This document shows, in pieces, positions 36,558 to 46,422 of a stretch of 64,000 nt of DNA. This stretch comes from Gemmatimonadota bacterium (GTDB lineage Bacteria; Gemmatimonadota; Gemmatimonadetes; Gemmatimonadales; GWC2-71-9): contig JACOVF010000072.1 of assembly GCA_016177465.1 (NCBI GenBank), forward strand, positions 3,083 to 67,082, read 5' to 3'. The notes under the pieces were generated by a model, which had not been told where the DNA came from, made no database searches, and worked only from the letters and a program-made list of their open reading frames with translations. The translations under genes and the position numbers were made by a program. Within the stretch, counting starts at the first letter, position 1. Every line of letters starts with the position of its first letter.

Positions 36558-37675
36558 CCGCCTGGCGCCGCGTCCCTTCGGTTGCACTAGGCGTGCTCGC
36601 TGCGCTCAGCGCCGCCCGCGCGCTGGCCGCGCAGGATTCGCAGTTCGGCGTCCGCGGCCTCGGCACCCCCGGCCGCTGGGAGAGCGTGCGGGCGCGCGCC
36701 ACCGGGGGCGCTTTCGGCGCCTTCGACGTCCTGTCCCCGCTGACGGAGGTCGGGCTACTCGACCTGCGCCGCCTCACCGCCTCGGCGGCGGAGGCGACCT
36801 CGTACCGCACCGCCGAGCTCCTGGGGCAGAGCGTCTCGCTGCGCACGTCGCGCTTCCCGGTGATGTCGATTTCCGGCCCGCTGGGCGGGCGGCTGGTCTT
36901 GAGCGGCGGGTTCACGACGTATCTTGACCGCAGCTTCCACACGACTATCCGGGACTCCGTCGTCCTCCCTCTTCGAGGGACCACCGAGCGCTACACCGAC
37001 GAGATAGCGGCCGACGGCGCGGTGAGCGACATGCGACTCGCCGCGGCGCTGCGCCTCACACGGCGCGTCGCCGTCGGCGCGGCGGTCCACCTGCTGGAGG
37101 GCTCGACGCGCTCCACGGCCACCCGTCGCTTCGACGACTCGACGACCTACCAGAACACCTTCGAGCGCCAGGAAGTCCGCTACGACGGGTTCGGCGTGTC
37201 AGCGAGCGCCGCGGCCGACATTGCCCCCGAGCTCAGGCTCGCCGGCTGGATGCGCAGCGATACCCGGCTCCGTACCTCGGTCAACGAGATCGAGACGAGC
37301 CGCAACGACTTGCCCACCGGGGTCGGGGGGGCGGTGCGCTGGATGCCGTCGCCCAACGCGCGGTTCGCGGGCGCGGTCGCGTGGCGCTCCTGGTCGGACG
37401 CCGGCCCGAACGCCCACGACGCCTTCGGGTGGTCGCTGGGCGCCGAGCTGGGGTCGCAGGACTTCCCGCTGCGCGTCGGCGCACGCGGTGGGCAGATGGC
37501 GTTCGGGCCCGGCAGCCGCGCGCCCACCGAGGTAGGGTTCGCCGTCGGCACCGCGCGCAGCTTCTCGGATGGCCGGGCCCGCATCGACGTCGCGGTCGAG
37601 CGCCTCAACCGCACAGGCGGGGGGTTGCAGGAGAGGGTGTGGACCATCCTCGTGGGACTGACCGTGCAGCCGTAG
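36554..37675 (+). CDS. hypothetical outer-membrane beta-barrel-like protein
   Basis: 373 aa; signal peptide ...LSAARALAAQ; alternating beta-strand-like pattern throughout; ATGA overlap with the lipoprotein gene. Confidence 0.55.
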   Translation: MTAWRRVPSVALGVLAALSAARALAAQDSQFGVRGLGTPGRWESVRARATGGAFGAFDVLSPLTEVGLLDLRRLTASAAEATSYRTAELLGQSVSLRTSRFPVMSISGPLGGRLVLSGGFTTYLDRSFHTTIRDSVVLPLRGTTERYTDEIAADGAVSDMRLAAALRLTRRVAVGAAVHLLEGSTRSTATRRFDDSTTYQNTFERQEVRYDGFGVSASAAADIAPELRLAGWMRSDTRLRTSVNEIETSRNDLPTGVGGAVRWMPSPNARFAGAVAWRSWSDAGPNAHDAFGWSLGAELGSQDFPLRVGARGGQMAFGPGSRAPTEVGFAVGTARSFSDGRARIDVAVERLNRTGGGLQERVWTILVGLTVQP

Positions 37676-37676
37676 C

Positions 37677-38918
37677 ATGAACGTCTACTTCCACACCTTC
37701 GGCTGCAAGGCGAACCAGTACGACACCGAGGTCGTGCGCCAGGCGTTCGCCGACCGGGGGGCCGTCGTGGTCGACGATCCTGCCCGAGCCGACCTCGCCG
37801 TCGTCAACTCCTGCACCGTCACTCACACGAGCGAAGCGAAGCTGCGCACCTTCGTGCGGCGCCTCGCGCGCGGCGGCCAGGGACTCGAGACGGTGGTAAT
37901 GGGCTGCGCCGCCGCCCTCGACGACGGCACCATCGTCGCGCTGCCGTCGGTACGCGCCGTGGTTGGCGGAGCCGATCCCGGGGCGGTGCTGCGCGCCGCA
38001 GGCCTCCCCGCCGAGGCCTCACTCCCGTTCCCCCTCTCCGCGACGCGGAGCGGGGGTCAGGGGGTGAGGTCCCGCGGCTGGCTCAAGATTCAGGACGGCT
38101 GCGACGAGCACTGTACGTTCTGCGCGACGACCATCGCCCGCGGGGCGAACCGGTCGCGGCCGGTTGCCGAGATCGTCGCCGAGGCGAGGCTCCTCGCGGC
38201 ACACCACGCGGAGCTGGTGCTGACCGGCGTCCACATCGGCACCTACGGGCGGGATCGCACGTCGCACGACACACGACGCACGACCCTGGGCGAACTCCTG
38301 GAGGCGCTGGTGCGAGCGGTGCCAGCGGTTCGGTTCCGCCTCTCCTCCATCGAGGCCACCGAAGTGGACGACCCGATCGCGCGTCTCCTGATCGAGGCGC
38401 CGCGCCATCTCGCCGCACACCTGCACGCGCCGCTGCAGTCGGGCTCCGACCGCGTGCTCCATCGGATGGGGCGGCACTGGTACACGGCCGCTACCTACCG
38501 GAAGAGGATTGAATGGCTGGCGGAGCGGCTCCCGATCCTCGGCCTCGGCGCCGATCTCATCACCGGGTTCCCGGCGGAGACCGAGGCGGACCACCGGGCG
38601 ACCGTCGAGCTGGTCCGGGCCCTCCCGTTTACTTACCTCCATGTCTTCCCCTTCAGCGTGCGGCCGGACGCCCCCGCGGCACGGCTACGCGACCAGCTGC
38701 CGCCGGCGCCGATCCGGGATCGGGCGGCGGAGCTGCGGGAACTGGGGGAGGCCAAGGCCACCGCCTATCGCGCCGCCCGCAGGGGCGCCCGGGCCGACGG
38801 GGTAGTGAGCGGGCGGCAGGGCGGGAAGGTCGAAGTGCTGACAGAAGACTACCTGTCGGTCTATCTTCCTACCGCTGGGTGGGACCTGCGCCCCCGCTTC
38901 GAGGTGACTGTCGACTGA
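37677..38918 (+). CDS. radical-SAM methylthiotransferase, MtaB-like (MiaB/RimO family)
   Basis: 413 aa; FHTFGCKANQYDTE N-terminal domain, radical-SAM cluster DGCDEHCTFCAT, TRAM-like C-terminus; contains hairpin E6. Confidence 0.85.
   Translation: MNVYFHTFGCKANQYDTEVVRQAFADRGAVVVDDPARADLAVVNSCTVTHTSEAKLRTFVRRLARGGQGLETVVMGCAAALDDGTIVALPSVRAVVGGADPGAVLRAAGLPAEASLPFPLSATRSGGQGVRSRGWLKIQDGCDEHCTFCATTIARGANRSRPVAEIVAEARLLAAHHAELVLTGVHIGTYGRDRTSHDTRRTTLGELLEALVRAVPAVRFRLSSIEATEVDDPIARLLIEAPRHLAAHLHAPLQSGSDRVLHRMGRHWYTAATYRKRIEWLAERLPILGLGADLITGFPAETEADHRATVELVRALPFTYLHVFPFSVRPDAPAARLRDQLPPAPIRDRAAELRELGEAKATAYRAARRGARADGVVSGRQGGKVEVLTEDYLSVYLPTAGWDLRPRFEVTVD
38017..38069. repeat. 25-position imperfect hairpin E6 (C-rich / G-rich heptamer-like arms) inside the mtaB-like ORF
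   Basis: CCTCACTCCCGTTCCCCCTCTCCGC (38017-38041) - GAC - GCGGAGCGGGGGTCAGGGGGTGAGG (38045-38069); by hand 20 Watson-Crick pairs plus 1 G-U out of 25. Confidence 0.75.
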
Positions 38919-38919
38919 T

Positions 38920-40239
38920 ATGCCGCGCATCTACATCGAAACGTACGGCTGCCAGATGAACGTCTCGGACTCCGAGCTGATGGTTGGGGTCCTGGGGCGG
39001 GAGGGGTACGTCCGCACCGACGACCCCGCCGAGGCGGACGTGCTGCTCGTGAACACCTGTGCGGTGCGGGCCCACGCCGAACAGCGGGTGCTGGGGCGGA
39101 TGGGGGAGCTGAAGCGTTACAAGCGCCCCGGCGACGTGCTGGGCGTGGTGGGATGCATGGCCCAGCGCCTCGGCCCCAAGCTGCTCGAGCGGGTGCCGCA
39201 GGTGGACCTGGTGATCGGACCGGACGGCTACCGCGGTCTGCCCGAGCTGATCGCTCGGGCCCGCCAGGGCCAGCGCGCCGCCGACGTCGCGTTCAAGAGC
39301 TGGGAGCACTACGAGGATGTCCCTCCCGTGCGCGGGGGCGCCGTGTCGGCGTTCGTGACTGTGCAGCGCGGCTGCGATTATCGGTGCACCTTCTGCATAG
39401 TTCCGATGACGCGCGGACCGGAGCGGAGCCGCAAGTTGACCGACGTGGTGCGTGAGGTGACGGACCTCGCCGCGAACGGCACCACGGAGGTCACGCTCCT
39501 TGGCCAGACGGTCAACAGCTACCACGACGGCGAGCACGATTTCGCCGATCTGCTGCGCGCGGTCGGGGGGGGGGCGGTGCCGGGCATCCGCCGCGTCCGC
39601 TTCACCTCCCCCTATCCCACAGACTTCACCGACCGCGTGCTCGCCGCGATGGCCGAGACGCCCGCGGTGTGCGAGCACGTCCACCTGCCGGCGCAGAGCG
39701 GCAGCAACCGCACCCTCAAGCGGATGCTGCGGCGCTACACGCGCGAGCGGTTCCTCGAGGTGGTGGCCGCGCTCCGCACCGCCGTGCCGGGGATCGCGCT
39801 CACGACCGACCTCATCGTTGGGTTCCCGGACGAGACGGAGGAGGACTTCCTCGACACGATCTCGCTCGTGGAGCAGGTGGGCTTCGACGACGCCTATACC
39901 TTCAAGTACTCCCCGCGCGAGGGGACGCCCGCCGTGCGGCTCAAGGACCATGTGCCGGACACGGTGGCGGGGGAGCGCCTCGAGCGGCTCATCGGCGTCG
40001 TCCGCGGCGTGGCGCGGCGGCGCAACATGGCGTTGGTCGGCACGACGCACGAAGTGCTCGTCGAGGGGCGGGCCAAGCGCGGCGGCCTGCTGCAGGCCCG
40101 CACGCGTACCAACAAGATCGCCCTGGTCGAGGGGCCCGAAGGGTGGATCGGGTCCTACCGGCGCGTCCGCTTCACCGGCACGACCGGGTCGACCTTCACC
40201 GGGTGGCCGGTGGAACAGGAGCTGGCAACCGTGGGGTAA
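38920..40239 (+). CDS. miaB: tRNA-2-methylthio-N6-dimethylallyladenosine synthase MiaB
   Basis: 439 aa; IETYGCQMNVSDSE, radical-SAM GCDYRCTFCIVP, TRAM C-terminus. Confidence 0.9.
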   Translation: MPRIYIETYGCQMNVSDSELMVGVLGREGYVRTDDPAEADVLLVNTCAVRAHAEQRVLGRMGELKRYKRPGDVLGVVGCMAQRLGPKLLERVPQVDLVIGPDGYRGLPELIARARQGQRAADVAFKSWEHYEDVPPVRGGAVSAFVTVQRGCDYRCTFCIVPMTRGPERSRKLTDVVREVTDLAANGTTEVTLLGQTVNSYHDGEHDFADLLRAVGGGAVPGIRRVRFTSPYPTDFTDRVLAAMAETPAVCEHVHLPAQSGSNRTLKRMLRRYTRERFLEVVAALRTAVPGIALTTDLIVGFPDETEEDFLDTISLVEQVGFDDAYTFKYSPREGTPAVRLKDHVPDTVAGERLERLIGVVRGVARRRNMALVGTTHEVLVEGRAKRGGLLQARTRTNKIALVEGPEGWIGSYRRVRFTGTTGSTFTGWPVEQELATVG

Positions 40240-40250
40240 CGAACGTCACC

Positions 40251-40517
40251 ATGGAAGTCGTGCAGCGCGAGTACGAGGCGCTGCGCCCGCAGTTCAGCGC
40301 CTTCTGCGGCTGCGACACCTGCCGGGGGGACGTGTTGGTGTTCGCCCTGAACCGGCTGTCGCCGCACTACGTCTCCACCCGCCAGGGGGAGATCCTCACC
40401 GAGCTGTCGCTCGCCTCCGACCAGGAGAAGGCGAAGCTCAGCGTGATCCTGCTCGAGGGGTTCCGCAAGGTCGGCATGGCGCCGCGTTGCGGCGCGAAAC
40501 CGGCGCACATCGTGTAG
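40251..40517 (+). CDS. ComFB-like small protein
   Basis: 88 aa, in-frame part of track ORF 39669..40517; CGCDTCRGDVLVFALNRLSPHYV matches my recollection of the ComFB (late competence development) Cys-rich signature. Confidence 0.6.
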   Translation: MEVVQREYEALRPQFSAFCGCDTCRGDVLVFALNRLSPHYVSTRQGEILTELSLASDQEKAKLSVILLEGFRKVGMAPRCGAKPAHIV

Positions 40518-40712
40518 CACATCCCGCTTCCCGCTGCTTTGCAAACGCGAATGAACTCGCGGCTCGGCACCTGCCCGTAAACGGGCTCGCCCCCGCTACA
40601 GCGGGAGCTACCGGGTCGCGGCGTTCAGCCGTGTTTGAAAGGGAACCGGCCGCCGCCCTTGAACAGGGCCTCGTTCGGACCCCTCTCGTCACACTTACCC
40701 GCTGAGGCGGCC

Positions 40713-42938
40713 GTGCGGCCGCCGATTCTGTGGATCGCCGCAGGTTTCGGGGTCGGCCTCTGGGTCGGCCTCGTCCTGTTTGGGGAGTGGGGAGTGGGGA
40801 TGTGGGGTGTGGGTCTGCCGGTGCTGGTTGGCGGGGCGGTCCTCTGGCGGCGGGCGCCGGTCGGGACGGCGGTGGGAATCGCGGCGGTGGCGGGGCTGGT
40901 CTGGGCGGCGGCCGCCATGCGCGTGCGCGAAGCGACGTGTGCGGGACAATGGGGAGGGGGGGAGGGAGAAGGGGGAAGTGTCGCCGCGATCATCCGGCTG
41001 GCGGATCCTGCGCCCGCCGCCGGTGGCGTGGTCGACGGCCGGGTGCTCGGCGGCTCCTGCGGCGGGACCCTGCGGCTGCGGTGGCCGGAGGGGACGGCGG
41101 CTCGCGGCGGCACGACGTGGGTCGTCGCGGGGCGATGGCTCGGGACGAAGGACCGCGGCGTCCTCGTCGCGCGGCGCACCCGCCTCCTCGACACCGAGCG
41201 GCGCGGCCGCGGCGCGCTGCGGGACCGGATCGCGGAGCGCAGCGCGGCGCTGTTCGGGGCGCGGGCGCCACTCGTGGATGCACTGGTGATCGCGCGCCGC
41301 GCGGAGCTCGAGCCCGAGATCCGGGAGCGCTACACTCGCTCCGGCCTCGCCCATCTGCTGTCAATTTCCGGTCTGCACGTCGGGTTCATCGCGGGATGGC
41401 TAGGAGTCCTCCTAAGGCGCTGTAGGCTGTCGGCTGTCGGTGGCTTCGGAGCCGGTGCGGCACTGGTGTTCGGGTACGTGTGGATGCTGGGGTTGCCGCC
41501 TCCCGCGCTGCGCGCGGCCGTGATGCTCGTGCTGCTCGATTTCGCCCGGCTGCACCAGCGCGTGGTGGCGCCGCGCGGCACCATCGGGCTCGCCGCGCTC
41601 GCGGTGATGCTCGTGGACCCCTGGGCCGTGCGCTCGGTGGGGGCGTGGCTCTCGGTCGCCGCGGTGGCGGCCGTAATCTGGGCGGGGCGCGCCACGGCTG
41701 GAAAGCCGGTCGTGGTCCGCCTCCTCGCGCCGGCGCTCGCCGCGACGTTGTTCACCGCGCCGATCACGGCCCTCGCGTTCGGGATCGTCGCGCCGATCGG
41801 CGTGGTTGCGAACCTTGTCGCCATCCCGCTTGGCGCCATCGCCGTACCTGGGCTCCTCATCGCGCTGATCCTGTCGTGGATCGTGCCGACCGCCGCTGCG
41901 CTGATCGCCGCCGGCGCGGGGCTCGGCCTCGCCTTGCTCGACGCTGTGGCGGGGATCGCGGCCGCCGTCCCGGGCGGGCACGTCGTCGCGACGCCCGGCT
42001 GGGCTACCGCGTTGGCATGGACGGGGGTGACCGCCGTGGCCTGGTGGCTGTGGCATTCACCGCGCCGGCCGTGGCTGATCGCGGCCCGCCTGGCGTTCGT
42101 CGCCACGCTGTCGTCGTGGACACTTGCCATCCGCGATTTTTCCCTCGACGGGGGCAAGGGCTTAACAGTACATTTCCTCGAGGTGGGGCAGGGGGACGCG
42201 GCGGTCCTGCGGACGCCGGGGGGACGCTGGATCGTGATCGATGGCGGGCCCCGCACCCCGGACCGGGACGCTGGGCGGCGCGTCGTGGTCCCCTTCTTGC
42301 GAAAGCGCGGGGTAGCGCGGTTGGCACTGCTCGTGGCGACCCACGGCGACGCCGACCACTTGGGCGGGCTTCCGGCCGTGATCGACGCATTCCCGCCAGG
42401 ACTCGTACTCGAGCCGGGGGAACCACTCGGCCGGCCGCTGTACCTCGAGTTCCTGGCGGCCGTAGAGGGCTCGGGGGCGGCGTGGCATCCGGCGCGCACG
42501 GGCGACCGCATCGAGCTGGACGGCGTCCTGCTCGAGGTGCTCAGCCCGGACAGCGCCTGGCTCGCTCAGCCGCTCGATGCCAACGAGCACTCGGTCGTGC
42601 TGCGGGTGACTTATGGCGGGGTGCGGCTGCTGCTCACGGGCGACGCCGGCGTGCCGGTCGAGGCGCGGTTGGCGGGACGCGTCGGCGCCGTGGACCTGCT
42701 CAAGGTGGGGCACCACGGCTCCCGCAGCGCCTCGTCGGAGGAGTGGCTGGCTGAGCTGCGCCCGGCGTGGGCGGTGATCAGCGTGGGACGGCGCAACCGC
42801 TACGGGCATCCGGCGCCCGAGGTCCTGGAGCGGCTCGCGGCGCAGGGCGTGACGATCTTCCGGACCGACCAGTCCGGCACCATCACCTTCGGCTTCGACG
42901 GGCAGCGTGCACACACAAACATCCGTCATCACGATTGA
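40713..42938 (+). CDS. comEC: DNA internalization-related competence protein ComEC/Rec2
   Basis: Polytopic competence domain plus C-terminal metallo-beta-lactamase domain ([29 protein letters not shown]); start uncertain (GTG 40713 preferred over TTG 40635). Confidence 0.85.
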   Translation: MRPPILWIAAGFGVGLWVGLVLFGEWGVGMWGVGLPVLVGGAVLWRRAPVGTAVGIAAVAGLVWAAAAMRVREATCAGQWGGGEGEGGSVAAIIRLADPAPAAGGVVDGRVLGGSCGGTLRLRWPEGTAARGGTTWVVAGRWLGTKDRGVLVARRTRLLDTERRGRGALRDRIAERSAALFGARAPLVDALVIARRAELEPEIRERYTRSGLAHLLSISGLHVGFIAGWLGVLLRRCRLSAVGGFGAGAALVFGYVWMLGLPPPALRAAVMLVLLDFARLHQRVVAPRGTIGLAALAVMLVDPWAVRSVGAWLSVAAVAAVIWAGRATAGKPVVVRLLAPALAATLFTAPITALAFGIVAPIGVVANLVAIPLGAIAVPGLLIALILSWIVPTAAALIAAGAGLGLALLDAVAGIAAAVPGGHVVATPGWATALAWTGVTAVAWWLWHSPRRPWLIAARLAFVATLSSWTLAIRDFSLDGGKGLTVHFLEVGQGDAAVLRTPGGRWIVIDGGPRTPDRDAGRRVVVPFLRKRGVARLALLVATHGDADHLGGLPAVIDAFPPGLVLEPGEPLGRPLYLEFLAAVEGSGAAWHPARTGDRIELDGVLLEVLSPDSAWLAQPLDANEHSVVLRVTYGGVRLLLTGDAGVPVEARLAGRVGAVDLLKVGHHGSRSASSEEWLAELRPAWAVISVGRRNRYGHPAPEVLERLAAQGVTIFRTDQSGTITFGFDGQRAHTNIRHHD
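40782..40813 (+). repeat. tandem heptamer run GGGGAGT GGGGAGT GGGGATG TGGGGTG TGGG in the comEC 5' region
   Basis: Five G tracts of 3-4 nt separated by 3-nt loops (canonical G-quadruplex pattern); encodes [12 protein letters not shown]. Confidence 0.8.
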
Positions 42939-43943
42939 GCGGTTCATCATGGAGCAGGAACGGCTCCACCCCGAGGCGACCGGGGAGCTCTCGAACCTGC
43001 TCTACGACATCTGTCTCGCCGCCAAGATCATCTCGCGCCAAGTACGACGGGCGGGGCTCACGGACATCCTGGGCGCCGCCGGTACGGTCAACGTCCAGGG
43101 CGAGGTTCAGCAAAACCTGGACGTCTTCGCGAACGAGACCGTGCGGAACGCCGTGCAGCACACCGGTCGCGTTTGCGTAATGGCGTCGGAGGAGGACGAG
43201 GACCCCATCCCCGTCCCCGTGCCGGACGACCGGCGGGCCGGCAAGTACGTCCTGTTGTTCGACCCGCTCGACGGCTCGACGAACATCGACGTCAACGTGT
43301 CGATCGGCACGATCTTCTCGATTCACAAGCGGGTCACGGTTGGGGGGCAGCCCGGCATGCTCGAGGATTGCCTGCAAGTGGGCCGCCGACAGGTAGCCGC
43401 GGGCTACATCCTGTACGGATCGAGCACGATGCTGGTCTACACGACCGGCCGCGGCGTCCACGGCTTCACGCTCGACCCCACGATCGGGGAGTTTCTGCTG
43501 TCCCATCCACAGATCACCACTCCTGAAGTCGGCAAGTACTACAGCGTCAACGAGAGCAACTGGAACCGCTGGACGCCGCCGGTGCAGCGCGTGGTAATGG
43601 CGTTCAAGAACGGCGACGGCAAGGTGCAGTCGAAAAACGCGCGCTACATCGGGTCGCTGGTCGCCGACTTCCACCGTAACTTGATCTCAGGCGGCATCTT
43701 CCTGTATCCCGCGGACACGAGATCGCCGCAGGGGAAGCTCCGCCTGTTGTACGAGGCCGCCCCGCTCGCCTTTGTGGTGGAGCAAGCGGGGGGCGCAGCG
43801 ACTGATGGCCGCCGACCGATCCTCGACACCGTCCCCGAGAGCCTGCACCAACGCGCGCCGCTCGTCATTGGCAGCAAGGCGGACGTCGACTTCGCCACGA
43901 GTATCCTGCGGGCGGAGCCGGCCCCCGCCGTCCCCGCATCCAG

Positions 43944-43947
<4 letters not shown>
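42907..43947 (+). CDS. fbp: fructose-1,6-bisphosphatase class I
   Basis: 346 aa; [21 protein letters not shown] and [21 protein letters not shown] motifs; GTG 42907 overlaps the comEC 3' end. Confidence 0.88.
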
Positions 43948-45494
<1,547 letters not shown>

Positions 45495-45635
45495 TGAATC
45501 CCGGGGATGCGACTGCACAGGGAACGAGACTGCGCGCGTCGCGGTCTCCGCAGTCATCTACCCGCACGTATTTGTGCCGAGGCGGGTTCGGGGTCCGGAG
45601 TCCTGCCGACAGCCTGTAGGGGGCGCGAGCGTAAC

Positions 45636-45660
45636 TAGACAGCGCCCGGCTCGCTGTCTA
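45636..45660. other. perfect 9-bp hairpin TAGACAGCG-N7-CGCTGTCTA at the left edge of the island
   Basis: Seen directly; flanked by GCGTAAC (45629) and followed 86 nt later by GTTAGCC (45746-45752), a GTTRRRY-like box just before the first cassette. Confidence 0.4.
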
Positions 45661-45769
45661 AACCACAGGCGGCGGGGTGGAGAACGCGGATTAGATGGCA
45701 GGAACGGCTCGCAGTCTGTGCTTTCGACTGGTCAATCCAATTCACGTTAGCCGAACGACCCGGGCATCG

Positions 45770-45778
45770 TGTTATATT
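45770..45778 (+). promoter_or_regulatory. extended -10 promoter TGTTATATT for the TA cassette (leaderless-type)
   Basis: TGT-TATATT at 45770-45778; ATG 45789 lies about 10 nt downstream with no SD. Confidence 0.4.
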
Positions 45779-45788
45779 GACGGCAGCT

Positions 45789-45989
45789 ATGAGCAAGATC
45801 GAGTCGCTTGAACGCGAGATTCGCAAACTCTCTTCCGAGGAACTGTCTCAGTTCCGCCGGTGGTTTGCGGCATTCGACGCCGCCGTCTGGGATCGGCAGC
45901 TGGAAGCGGATGCCGCAGCGGGGAAGCTTGACGCCCTGGCGGACGCCGCGCTCGCGGATCATCAGGCAGGCCGTTCGCGCAAGCTTTGA
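45789..45989 (+). CDS. type II antitoxin-like protein
   Basis: 66 aa from ATG 45789 (track start TTG 45777); MSKIESLEREIRKLSSEELSQFRRWFAAFDAAVWDRQLEADAAAGKLDAL, a pattern I associate with antitoxins paired with RelE/ParE-superfamily toxins; stop overlaps the toxin start (TTTGA). Confidence 0.65.
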   Translation: MSKIESLEREIRKLSSEELSQFRRWFAAFDAAVWDRQLEADAAAGKLDALADAALADHQAGRSRKL

Positions 45990-46239
45990 ACCACTATGCG
46001 GCGCCGAGCTTCTGGAAATGCTATGAGGCTCTGCCAGAAGCCATTCGGACTCTCGCCGACAAGCAGTTTGAGCTTATCAAGACCAATCCCCGCCATCCAT
46101 CACTCCACTTCAAACGGATTGGTCGCTTTCACTCAGCCGGTGTTGGGCACACTACCGGGCGCTCGCCGTAGACGCCCAGGACGGGGTACTGTGGTTCTGG
46201 ATAGGCACACATGCGGAGTACGATCGCGTCGTCGGCTAA
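45986..46239 (+). pseudogene. RelE/ParE-superfamily-like toxin, frameshifted
   Basis: Frame 1 reads ...LPEAIRTLADKQFELIKTNPRHPSLHFKRIGRFHSAGVGH then stops at 46171; shifting the frame around 46150-46156 continues YRALAVDAQDGVLWFWIGTHAEYDRVVG to TAA 46237-46239. Confidence 0.6.
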
Positions 46240-46371
46240 CCAGCGGCTGAAGCTGGCGCCGCCCGGCCTTGGCAGAATTCCGTTTGTGCCCCAACGTAGA
46301 GCTGTGCTCACTCCATCCTTGCGGCTCGCCCGCCCTATGAGGCGGCGCAGCTTAGCCGCGATCCGTTAGGC
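46234..46371 (+). repeat. attC-like site 1 (138 nt)
   Basis: R'' GGCTAAC 46234-46240, R' GTTAGGC 46365-46371; hand pairing GCGGCT/AGCCGC, AAGCTG/CAGCTT, CGCCGCC/GGCGGCG with unpaired G at 46249 and 46256. Confidence 0.65.
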
Positions 46372-46422
46372 GTCGCTGATTAACGCGAGTCTTGAGGTTG
46401 AGGAGCTAAGGGAGGCGCGATC

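Noticed and set aside
40518-40712. A cyclic-dinucleotide riboswitch in the comFB-like/comEC spacer.
   Set aside because: There are two small hairpins, but I cannot recognise GEMM or ydaO consensus elements by eye. I keep this only as a structured spacer to be tested with covariance models.
45495-45788. An integron integrase remnant, attI or Pc promoter upstream of the first cassette.
   Set aside because: Only about 290 nt are available. No ORF has tyrosine-recombinase motifs on either strand. GCGTAAC...GTTAGCC are present, but the arms do not pair like an attC, so the nature of this first site stays open.
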